Assembly: GCA_038087875.1 (NCBI GenBank)
Contig: CM075994.1
Coordinates: forward strand, 2,048,001 to 2,112,000
Reading direction: 5' to 3'
Source of the DNA: Malacoraja senta
Taxonomy: Eukaryota
Length of the DNA: 64,000 bases
Numbering within the stretch: position 1 is the stretch's first letter; each line of letters starts with the position of its first letter. Below the pieces are notes generated by a model. The model saw only the letters and a list, made by a program, of their open reading frames with translations, searched no databases and was not told where the DNA came from. Positions 13,549 through 23,746 of this stretch are shown in pieces. A program made the position numbers and the translations under genes.

Positions 13549-13854
13549 AAAAATCCAGAAGATGACTATTTGGGAAGGACCCTACCATGGACGCCAGGTC
13601 ACTTGCTCCTGACAGTTTATTCCATCCGCAGTATCGAGCAGCTGCTCCCTTTCTTCAATGTGCTCAGCCAGTTTTTCTCCAACAAAATCACAAGCAGGGC
13701 CGCTGGCTGCTCAGAGAGCCCTGTCCCGTACACAAACTCATTCAGCAGCAAGGACAATAAAACCGAGAACCAGAAGACTTTCTGGAACAAAGCCAGACAA
13801 AAAATTGAGGAAGTACTGGAGAAAGATTTTCTGGAAAGTGTCATAAAAGCATAG
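13549..13854 (+). CDS. DOP1A: DOP1A terminal coding exon
   Basis: KNPEDDYLGRTLPWTPGHLLLTVYSIRSIEQLLPFFNVLSQ...ARQKIEEVLEKDFLESVIKA*; acceptor tctttcag|; TAG at 13852-13854. Confidence 0.95.
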   Translation, partial: KNPEDDYLGRTLPWTPGHLLLTVYSIRSIEQLLPFFNVLSQFFSNKITSRAAGCSESPVPYTNSFSSKDNKTENQKTFWNKARQKIEEVLEKDFLESVIKA

Positions 13855-14065
13855 TAGCGTTTCATTGGCACGAGGGTCATTGTTCAAAAAATCCTCTGCC
13901 AGGTGTATATTTTAGTTTGTATTTAAATAAGGAACCAAAATGTAACTACATTTTATTTGTACAGATTTTGAGTCCTGAATGCTGAATTAGGTCTTGTCAT
14001 ATGATTGTCTCCTATTGATCAGGGAGCCTAGAATGTAAATTACTCTCCTATTCCATTTGGTTCTA

Positions 14066-14071
14066 AATAAA
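14066..14071 (+). terminator. Candidate DOP1A polyadenylation signal
   Basis: AATAAA about 210 nt after the DOP1A stop, followed by U/GU-rich sequence. Confidence 0.4.
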
Positions 14072-14127
14072 TGCACTCCACATGTGTCCATTTGTAGAAC
14101 TTATTCAATTTATGTTTGTCAGTTCCT

Positions 14128-15812
14128 AAAAGGTCCAATACGGGTGAAATTATTCTGGGCAACCAGGAAATGGCAGAAGAGTTGAACAGGTACTTCAGAT
14201 CTGTCTTCACTAAGGAAGACACAAACAATCTCCCAGATTTACTGGAGGACAGAGGATCTAAGGGGGTAGAGGAACTGAAAGAAATTTTCATTAGGCGAGA
14301 AATAGTATTGAGTAGGCTAATGGGACTGAAGGATGATAAATCCCCTGGGCCTGATTGTCTGCATCCCAGGGTTCTCAGGGAGGTGGCTCGAGAAATAGTG
14401 GACGCATTGGTGATCATTTTCCAAGTTCAATAGATTCAGGATGAGTTCATGTGGATTGGAGGATAGCTAATGTTATCCCACTTTTCAAGAAAGGAGCGAG
14501 AGAGAAAATGGGGAATTACAGACCAGTTAGCCTGACTTCGGTGGTGGGAAAGATGCTGGAATCAATTATTAAAGAGGTAATAATGGGGCATTTGGATAGC
14601 AGTAAAAGGATTTGTCCAAGTCAACATGGATTTATGAAAGGGAAATCATGCTTGACTAATCTTCTGGAATTTTCTGAGGATGTGGCAAGTAAAATGGATG
14701 AAGGGGTGCCAGTGGATGTAGTGTATCTAGACTTTCAGAAAGCCTTTGATAAGGTCCCGCACGGGAGACTGGTGACTAAAATTAGAGCACATGGTATTGG
14801 GGGTAGGGTGTTGACATGGATAGAAAATTGGTTGGCAGACAGGAAGCAAAGAGTAGGAGTGAACGGGTCCTTTTCAGAATGGCAGGCAGTGGCGAGTGGA
14901 GTGCCGCATGGCTCGTTGTTAGGGCCGCAACTGTTTACCATATATATTAATGATTTGGAAGAGGGAATTAGGAGCAACACTAGCAAGTTTGCAGATGACA
15001 CAAAGCTGTGAGGCAGTGTGAACTGTGAAGAGGATGTTAGGAGGTTGCAGGGTGATCTGGACAGGTTGAGTGAGTAAGCAGATGCGTGGCAGATGCAGTA
15101 TAATATAGATAAATGTGAGGTTAACCACTTGGCGGCAAAAACAAGGGGGCAGATTATTATCTCAATGGGGTTAGGTTAGGTAAGGGAGAATGTTGGCCTT
15201 CAGAACAAGAGGATTTCAGTATAGGAGTAAAGAGGTTCTTCTGCAGTTGTTTAGGGCTCTGGTGAGATCACATCTGGAGTATTGTGTACAGTTTTGGTCT
15301 CCTAATTTGAAGGACATCCTTGTGATTGAGGCAGTGTAGCGTAGGTTCACGAGATTGATCCCTGGGATGGCGGGACTGTCATATGAGGAAAGATTGAAAA
15401 GATTGGCTTGTATTCACTGGAGTTTAGAAGGATGAGGGGGAATCTTATAGAAACATGTAAAATTATAAAAGGACTGGTCAAGCTAGATGCAGGAAAAATG
15501 TTCCCAATGTTGGGCGAGTCCAGGACCAGGGGCCACAGTCTTAGAATAAAGGGGTAGCCATTTAAGACTGAGGTGAGAAAAAACTTTTTCACCCAGTGTT
15601 GTGAATTTGTGGAATTCCCTTCCACAGAGGGCAGTGGAGGCCAAGTTACTGGATGGATTTAAGAGAGAGTTAGATAGAGCTCTAGGGCTAGTGGAATCAA
15701 GGGATATGGGGAGAAGGCAGGCACGGGTTATTGATTGGGGACGATCAGCCATGATCACAATGAATGGCTCGAAGGGCCGAATGGCCTCCTCCTGCACCTA
15801 TTTTCTATGTTT
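14128..15812 (+). mobile_element. 5'-truncated CR1 LINE between DOP1A and PGM3
   Basis: [29 protein letters not shown]; several stops and frameshifts; CR1 3' end. Confidence 0.93.
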
Positions 15813-16383
15813 ATAATTCCCATTACAAGTAATGTGATCCACTTTAGTTTTCGTTTTAGAGATACAGCACGGAAACAAGGCCCTTCGGCCCTTGCATTGA
15901 AAGGGCATTGTGCTGTGTGTGCAAACAAGATTGAGGGAAAAGGTGCACACACTTTTACAGGCAGCGGACCTTAACTGAAGGGAGAAGATTCATTGGGAAG
16001 GAGGGAAAAAAGGAAAAGATCAAAGAGCTGTAAAAATACATCAAGGAGATGCCAGTCCAGAAAACATCTTGCACATGATGAGAAAAATGCCATCCGAAGC
16101 AGCCATCTAGTTACCGCAACTAGTGATTCAAAGGACAGAAATTAGATGATCACTGTGTGTACAACTCTCGACTATAGAAGGCAGCTTCAGGTAAGTTGCG
16201 TACAAACAGCAGCTGAGGGCCACACTTTTGATGTGCCACTGCAAAATAAAAGATTAACCTTAAGATGAAATCAGACCCATCTCCTTTCTGTTGTAATCTG
16301 TCACATATTGAGGTACAGGGCTGTTATTTTAAATCAACTTAATTGATGTAGTTACACAGGGGACAAGATAAAATAATTACATG

Positions 16384-16389
16384 TTTATT
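16384..16389 (-). terminator. Candidate PGM3 polyadenylation signal (alternative at 16592-16597)
   Basis: AATAAA on the - strand in AT-rich unique sequence about 1.25 kb past the PGM3 stop. Confidence 0.35.
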
Positions 16390-17637
16390 TTTCTGAGAAC
16401 ACATCTGACTTGATTATAAACAGAGCATAAAATTACAGAGTTACACTCATTTAATCTTCCTTTACAGCAGCTGTGATGAGGAACTATAAAATATTTAGAT
16501 AAAACTGTTTTAATCTTTCATTGAATAAACACCAGCATCCATTTTTGAGGTAACAAATAGCCATGATCGATAACTGATGGTGTAAATACTATTTATTCAG
16601 CTAAACCAAAGGATAAAACAATTAGTTCTCTGGTGATTTACTCCATTGTTCTAATTTTGAGCAAAAACAAAGTGTTGGAGGAACTCAGTGGTTCAGGCAG
16701 CATCTGTGGAGGGAAACGCAGGGTCGATGTTTAGAGTCGGGACTTGGACTGAAGAAGGATCCTGACTTTAGACGTGAGATATAAAGGGAGAACGTACAAC
16801 TCCTTAGTCAGGATCAAACTTGGGTCTCTGGCACTATAAGGCAGCAACTCTACTGAAATACCACCACCGAAATATCAACTTCCTTTCACAGATACTGCCT
16901 GATCCGTTGCGTTCTTCCAGCAGTTTGTCTTTGGCTCAAGGTTCCAGTCTCTTGTGTCTCTGGAACAAAGGTCTAAATAATCAAGACCAATATCTTTGCT
17001 CCAGATATTAAAGTTCCGTTCATTCATCAGTAAGGAAATATAAATAGAGCAGAAAGTTTACAAGATTCTCATTATTCAGTTTGTGCTATGCTAGATTCTT
17101 TGTGAGTCTATTCCTCCACCATTAACCCCTCTCCTTTATGGCAATGTTACCAGTATACAACTTTAAATGTCAAAATAAACCTAGCCTTATTTCTGATCCA
17201 ACTTATTTCTGATTGTGATACAAGTATGTTTCTTTGCTGATCCTTACAATAGTAAACCAAACTCCCTTCTAATTAAAAGAAAACCTTAAATATCATCCTA
17301 TGAGAATCAATTAATATTGTTAATCTGTCAAGATGCCCAAATTAAATTCTCCAAGTTTCTGTCTTCACTCAATCCTGGGACTACCAGACTGAGAATTTAA
17401 GTAGATATTTTAAGTAGAAGATTTAAAGTTCAGGTTAACCATTCATGAAATGTTGTAATTGAAAAATTGTGGTGAGATTTCTACTACTATACTGGGGCAG
17501 ATAAAGAGTACCTGCACATAAAGCACATTTAGTTTAGAAGGTTATCAGACATTCCTACAAACCACCGCCAGTATCTGGGTGCAGTGTTAATATACAGGGG
17601 CACTCAAGGGGGTAGTAGGGCATCTCATCAGCGTTCC

Positions 17638-17727
17638 TTAATGCAGCAACTTGGGTTTCTCTCCCATGCCTCCTGCCATACTATACACCACAAGGCTCAC
17701 TTCATACGCCAACGTATCTGCATTAGC
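17638..17727 (-). CDS. PGM3: PGM3 terminal coding exon (exon 13)
   Basis: ANADTLAYEVSLVVYSMAGGMGEKPKLLH*; tttacag| acceptor; summed CDS is 1638 nt = 545 aa plus stop. Confidence 0.94.
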   Translation of the reverse strand, partial: ANADTLAYEVSLVVYSMAGGMGEKPKLLH

Positions 17728-18685
17728 CTGTAAAGCAAATGAGAAATTACACTTTGCAACACGTAAATTTTCAGAGGACACTAGAATTGGTGGTACAGTG
17801 GACAATAAGGATATCAACGTTTGCAACAGGAAACAGGATCAGTTGGAAAGGTGGGCCAAGGAATGGTAAATGGAATATAACTGACAAATGTGACAAGTGT
17901 TGCACTTTGATATGTCAGACCAAGGCAGGACTTGCACATTAAATGATAGAGCTCTGGAGAGTGTTGTGGAACAGAGAGATCTAGGAGCACAGGTGCATGG
18001 TTCCCTGAAAGTGGCGAGTCAGGTGGACAACGTGGCGAGAAAGGTGTTTGACATGCTTTTCTTCACTGAGAAAGAAAATGAGTGCAAAAGTTGGGACATC
18101 ATGATGCAGCTGTATGATTTGGAGGACTGTAGTCTGGTCACCCAAATATAGGAAAGATGCCACTTTGTTGGACAGGGTACAGAAGAAATTCACCAGGATA
18201 TTACTTAGACTTGCAGACTTGTGTTATAGGGAGAGATTCAATAGGCTGGATACATTTTCACTTAGATGATAGTATCTGGAATGAGTTGCCAGAGGAAGGT
18301 ATAGAATTACCACTTTCAAAAGACATTTGGACAGATATGTGAACAAGAAAGGTTCAGAGGTATATTGGGCCAAATGCAGGCTAATAGAACTAACACAAAA
18401 TGCTAACTTGGTCAGCATGGTCAAAATGGGCTAAAGGGTCTGTTTCTGTGCTGTACCCTACTCTGGGTAAAAGATACTATGCGTTCACCCCATCTATTCC
18501 CCTCATGATTTTGTACACCTCTGCAAGATCACCCCTCAACCTCCTGCGCTCCAAGGAATAACGTTGCAGCCTGCTCAACCTCTTCCTATAGCTCAGGCCC
18601 TCAAGTCCTGGCAATATCCTCCTAAATCATCTCTGTACTCATTCCATATCTGCTCTGGAGTTGCTGTTTTTAGTGCTGACTGTAC

Positions 18686-18859
18686 CTGAGTGTCAGCTTC
18701 AGCATACACTCTGATCACATCTTCTGTTCCCGATGGGCGTACAAAGGCTCTTGACAAACTGTACGTCTTCACCAGAGCATCTATGTTCTCCTGCAGCCCT
18801 GCAGGAGACACTGCTCTCCTTCCAGCATCTACAGTGGCAATCACTTGTCGGTCAGACAC
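18686..18859 (-). CDS. PGM3: PGM3 exon 12
   Basis: [23 protein letters not shown]...[22 protein letters not shown], with the phosphate-binding RPSGTED motif; 174 nt. Confidence 0.96.
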
Positions 18860-19122
18860 CTAGTACAAGACATAACATACGGCAATTTTAAAAATACAGT
18901 CAAAGGCAAACATGCCAAACGCCTCCTTCGCCACCCTGTCCTTCTGAACTGCAGAATGTTTTTAGAAACAGAAAATAAGTGCAGGAGTTCAATATGATCA
19001 TGGCTGATCATCCAAAATCAGTATTTAAGAAGGAACTGCAGATGCTGGAAAATCAAAGGTACACAAAAATGCTGGAGAAACTCAGTGGGTGCAGCAGCAT
19101 CTATGGAGCGAAGGAGATAGGC

Positions 19123-19150
19123 AACGTTTCGGGCCGAAACCCTTCTTCAG
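19123..19150 (-). ncRNA. Minimal hammerhead ribozyme core (Penelope-associated)
   Basis: - strand CTGAAGA-A-GGGT(TTCG)GCCC-GAAA-CGTT = CUGANGA / stem II / GAAA / GUH. Confidence 0.55.
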
Positions 19151-19542
19151 ACTCTTTTTTTCTCCAGCATTTTTGTGTACATCCAAAACCAGTACCCCGT
19201 TCCTGCTTTCTCCCCATATCCCATCATTCCGTTAGCCCTAAGAGCTACAGTATATCTAACTCTCTCTTAAAAACATCCAGTGAATTGGCCTCCACTGCCT
19301 TCTGTGGCAGAGAATTCCACAGATTCACAACTCTCTGGGTGAAAACATTTTCCCTCATCTCAGTCCTAAATGGCCTACCCCTTATTCTTAAACTGTGACC
19401 CCTGGTTCTGGACTGCCCCAACAGCAGGAACATTTTTCCTGCATCTAGTCTGTCCAATCCCTGAAGGATTTTTCATGGAAAAGAGGTAACAAGTAAATAA
19501 TGTGACCAACGAAACAACATAGTAATGATGTGGATAGACAAG

Positions 19543-19709
19543 AAGTGCTGGAGTAACTCGGCGAGTCAGGCAGCATCTCTGCAGAAAAAAGATGGGCGAT
19601 GTTTCATGTCATGACCCTACTTCAGTCTGAAGAACAGTCCCGACCTGAAACATCACCCATCCTTTTCCCCCAGAGATGCTGCCTGACCTGCTGAGTTACT
19701 CCAGCACTT
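19543..19709. repeat. Palindromic Penelope-derived short element with back-to-back hammerhead-like cores
   Basis: Arms AAGTGCTGGAGTAACTC...GAGTTACTCCAGCACTT centred on TTCAGTCTGAA (about 19626); arm sequence matches the 3' end of the Neptune element at 29560-29660. Confidence 0.75.
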
Positions 19710-19950
19710 TGTACCTTGGTATAAACTAGCATCTGACCTCATTTCTCAAATTAATGACCTAGGGTCTTTTATGCTGTCTGAAAGATGGCACCTTGAACTG
19801 TGCTGCACTCCTCAGAATTGCAGTGAAGAGATAACCTACTCCAAACTCCAAAACTAGAACCCACGACACAAGTCTTTTCCCTGACAATGCCCCACATCCC
19901 TTCTAAACCTCTGATCTTTTAAATGAACATTTTGCAAAGCATGGTCTCAC

Positions 19951-20073
19951 CTTTACTTTCAATTGTCTGTTAGGAAGGTCTGTGTAAATTAAATCCCACT
20001 GCTGGACAGTCAGACCTTTGATGGACAGAATGGCCTCAATTGTCAGCAGGTCCGATATAGCATCACCAACTGT
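19951..20073 (-). CDS. PGM3: PGM3 exon 11
   Basis: [16 protein letters not shown]...[12 protein letters not shown]; 123 nt; AG/GT. Confidence 0.96.
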
Positions 20074-20303
20074 CTGCAAAGTTAGCATTAACAAGAGCAC
20101 TTAATAAAGTGAAGGCTACAACATCCTCTTCAAACCTCAAGGTAGATCATTCCAAAAAAACACGTATAATCCAATATATCTATTCGTACTTCCCATCAAG
20201 AAGAGAAAACTTTGCCAAATAGATCGATTCTGTTTACACTACTCCAATACGGCTGAGAGGGGATTGGGTAATTAGATTTGCAAGACTGTACAGAAAGACC
20301 ACC

Positions 20304-20840
20304 CATGGGCAGAATTCGCTTTTAAAACATGGGGGGACACAATGAGGTCTGACATCTAGGACAGGGGTCGGCAACCTACGGCCCACGGGCCGTATCCGGC
20401 CCGTAACCCGGAATCATCCGGCCCGCAGGCGTGCTTTTTTTTTTCAATTAATTTTCGCGACCTGGGAACTGCAGCCAGTCCTGGGCACGCAGGCGACCTT
20501 GACGCTACAGCCAGACCTGCCAGCCTGACTGGGCTTTACAGCCAGTCCCGGGGCAGGCGAGCTGACCTGGGAACTGCAGGTCCTTTGGCCCATCGTGAGG
20601 CGCCGACCAGCAATCACCCCGTACACTAGCACCATCCGACACACTGGGGACAATTGGGGCAGGTGAGCTGACCTGGGCGCTGCAGCCAGTCCCGGGGCAC
20701 GCAGGTGACCTGGGCGCTACAGCCAGACCTGGGGCAAGCGAGCCGATCTGGGAATGGCTGTAGGGGGGGATGGGGGATTGTCCCCCACCTCTCAAAACAT
20801 GGCGGGGCCACCCCCCCCCCCCCCAGGATTTCCGCCCATG
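20304..20840. mobile_element. hAT-like non-autonomous element(s) containing a GC-rich minisatellite of about 38 bp
   Basis: Imperfect TIRs CATGGGCAGAATTC/GATTTCCGCCCATG; internal CAGGGGTCGGCAACCT hAT-type end at 20362; GACCTGGG...CAGCCAG repeats 20455-20750; no TSD found. Confidence 0.45.
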
Positions 20841-22068
20841 GATGGGTGGAACAAGATTTGCTGTGGGAGAGAGGTAGTAAAGCAGCATTGCTGTACTATA
20901 TCGGCATTGAAACAACACACCGTACAGGTACATGGAGAGGAAAGGTTGAGAGGGAAGTGGGCCAAAGGCAGGTAAATCGGACTAGTATCGGTGGGACATC
21001 TTGGGGGGCATGAACAAGTTGGGCCAAAGAGCCTGTGCCCATGCTGTAGGACTCTGACTCTACAGCCATAATGAACCAAATAGCCTCTATCTAAGCTATA
21101 ACCACAATTCTATATGTCCTTGCCAAGTTATGATCGTCCAAATGAACATATGGATGTTTGCACTACTGGGAGAGTCTAGGACCAGAAGCCATAGCCTCAG
21201 AATAAATGGATGTACCACTAGGAAGGAGATGAGGAGGAATTTCTTTTGTGGTGAATCTATGGAATTCATTGCCACAGAAGGCAGTAGAGGTCAAATCAAT
21301 GGATATTTTTAAGGTGGAGATTGATAGATTCCTGATTGGTACGGGTGTCAGGGGTAATGGGGAAAAGGCAGGAGAATGGGGTTGAGAGGGAGAGATAGAT
21401 CAGCCATGATTGAATGGCAGAGTAGACTTGATGGGCCGAATGGCCTAATTCTGCTCCGAGAACATATGAAGTGTTTGGGAGACTCTCGGGGTGGATGGGG
21501 GACAGATTTGCTGTCTTCTGCAGGCACCTTCCGCCAGATGGGACACTTCCACATGTCTGCTCTCCCCACCACTCTCTCCCCCCTCCACACTCTCCGGCCC
21601 ACAAGTCACAACGATCAGGGACTGGGTCAGACTTGGCGAGGCGCCAAGTGGACTTGCGCACTGAGACCGGCTGGGGGCCACTCTTCCCACTCGCTTCCCT
21701 GTCAGTGCTGTTCCTGTGCTCTCTCACACATCGTTCCAGTTTATTTACGACTCGCACACAGTTTGGGTTACGAACAGTTCTTGGGCACGGAACCCTGGCT
21801 AGACCTTATTAAGACCTCTACTATAGAACGTCAATATTCACATTTTATAGCTTTTCCTGTCCAGTGTCACCAACATGTCCACCCTGGGCTCCCTGTTCTG
21901 ATGCAGCACGCAAACATCAGCAACTTCCACCCACAAGGAGGCATAAATTCATAATGCAACCTCCATTAGCGCTCCAGTAATTAAATTATCCCCCTGTGGC
22001 TCATCGTGAATTAATGGAACAGCCAAAGGAGCAAATTACAACATGCTTTGCTGCCACGTTTCACTTAC

Positions 22069-22188
22069 CTGGTTGATCAGGTCAATGGTATTTTCAAGCA
22101 TTTTGGCTGCATTGCTTTTCTCTCTCATTTGGTTCTGGTCCTGGGCCATCTGCCTGATTTTGCTCTCAGCTGTTTTACTGAAGAGGAC
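22069..22188 (-). CDS. PGM3: PGM3 exon 10
   Basis: VLFSKTAESKIRQMAQDQNQMREKSNAAKMLENTIDLINQ; 120 nt; cttcag| and |gtaagt. Confidence 0.94.
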
Positions 22189-23746
22189 CTGAAGTAGGAA
22201 TAAACAGGCCAGGACATTTCAGATTTGCTTGATGCAGTACTGCTGAAAGTGTAATTCTTAATTCCAGGTACAGCTTTAAATCTATCTATCCTTTCTATCA
22301 GACAGAGACTGCATTCCAATATCAGGATTTCTTATTTCCTCCTCAAATGAAAAATACAAATTATTCATCAGCATTACTCATGTTGTATTGCATGCAATTT
22401 GCAGTGCTATGTTTGATCTGAAAACCAAATCCACTTACACACACATTTAATGTCACTCCAAACTGTAATGGGGACACAAGGGACTGCACATGTTGCAATC
22501 TTCAGCAAAACAAAGAGCTGGAGGAACTCGGTGGGTCAGGCAGCATCAGAGTCGGGATTGGACAAGTGACGTTTCTGGTTGGGACCCTTCCTCAGGCTGA
22601 TGGAGTAGGGGGGAGAAAGCTGGAAAAGTGGTGGGGCAGAGCAAAGCTTGGCGAGTGATAGGTGGGGGGGGGGGGGTTGATTGGCAGATAGGTGGAGCAG
22701 GTGACTGGGGTTAAGCACACTTTTCTGCGAGTCTACTATTATTTGCAGCAGAAAACCCAAGAGTAATCCTCACCTTCGTCTTTTCACATCGTTGGATGTT
22801 TTGAGGTCACGTACGTAATTATTCTGTGCAGAATGTAATAACTATTTTTTGCACACCGCAGCAAGCTGATCAAATTAAAATTAAAAGTCAGAAAGTGGTG
22901 GCACATTTATATGCCTATTCTGAGCCACCAGTGTTCGTTATTTTTCTCACCATAACCTCATAAAGGGAAAGATGGTGGTCAGGACTGGTCCTGTGCCCAA
23001 TCCACGTTCTCCTGTACTGGGTACTGAAATGTGTAACAACAACAACAACTATTTCTTTTGATTATTCTGTGCTCTTCAAACACATTCAGCAAACAAATCA
23101 CTATGTTGAGAATTTTGTCAAAATTTGCCTTATCTATGTGGAATCAGTCATACAGCATGGAAACAGGCTCGTTGGCTCAAATCGTCCACGAGACTCAGAT
23201 GCCCCATCTACACAAGTCCCACCTGCCTGTGTTTGGCTCATATCCCTCTAAACCTCTCCTCTCCATGTACTCCGTGTCTTTTCAATGTTGTTATTGTATC
23301 TCCTCTGACGGCTTATTCCATATACCTACCACCTTCTGTGTGAAACTATTGCCCCTCAAGTTCGTGTTAAATCCTGCCCCTCTCACCTTAAACCGATGTC
23401 CTCTGTTTCTTAATAGAAACATAGAAACATAGAAAGTAGGTGCGAGAGTAGACCACCAGGCCCATCGAGCCCGCACCGCCATTCGCTCATGGCTGAACAC
23501 TAAACAGACACCCTTACCCACAAACAGTAGACACAAGACACAGAACACAAGACACTACCCTCCCCTTTATATCGCTATCACCCCTCTCCACCCCAAGAAC
23601 CGCGTGATCTCCTGGGGGAGGCAAAAAAACGGATAAAAACCCAGGTCCAATTCGGGAAAAAAATCCGGGAAATTCCTCTCCGACCCCAATCCAGGCGATC
23701 GACACTTGTCCAGGAGATCACTCAGGTCTTACTATACTAACCATAC

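Noticed and set aside
15975..16196. Open purine-rich stretch and strong + strand donor CAG|GTAAGT at 16191
   Set aside because: DOP1A already terminates at 13854; no clear acceptor or homology, and the open frame stops before the donor
21376..21954. 192-aa + strand ORF and overlapping ORFs
   Set aside because: Starts in a CR1 3' end and continues through GC-rich repeat-like sequence; no recognisable domain or splice support
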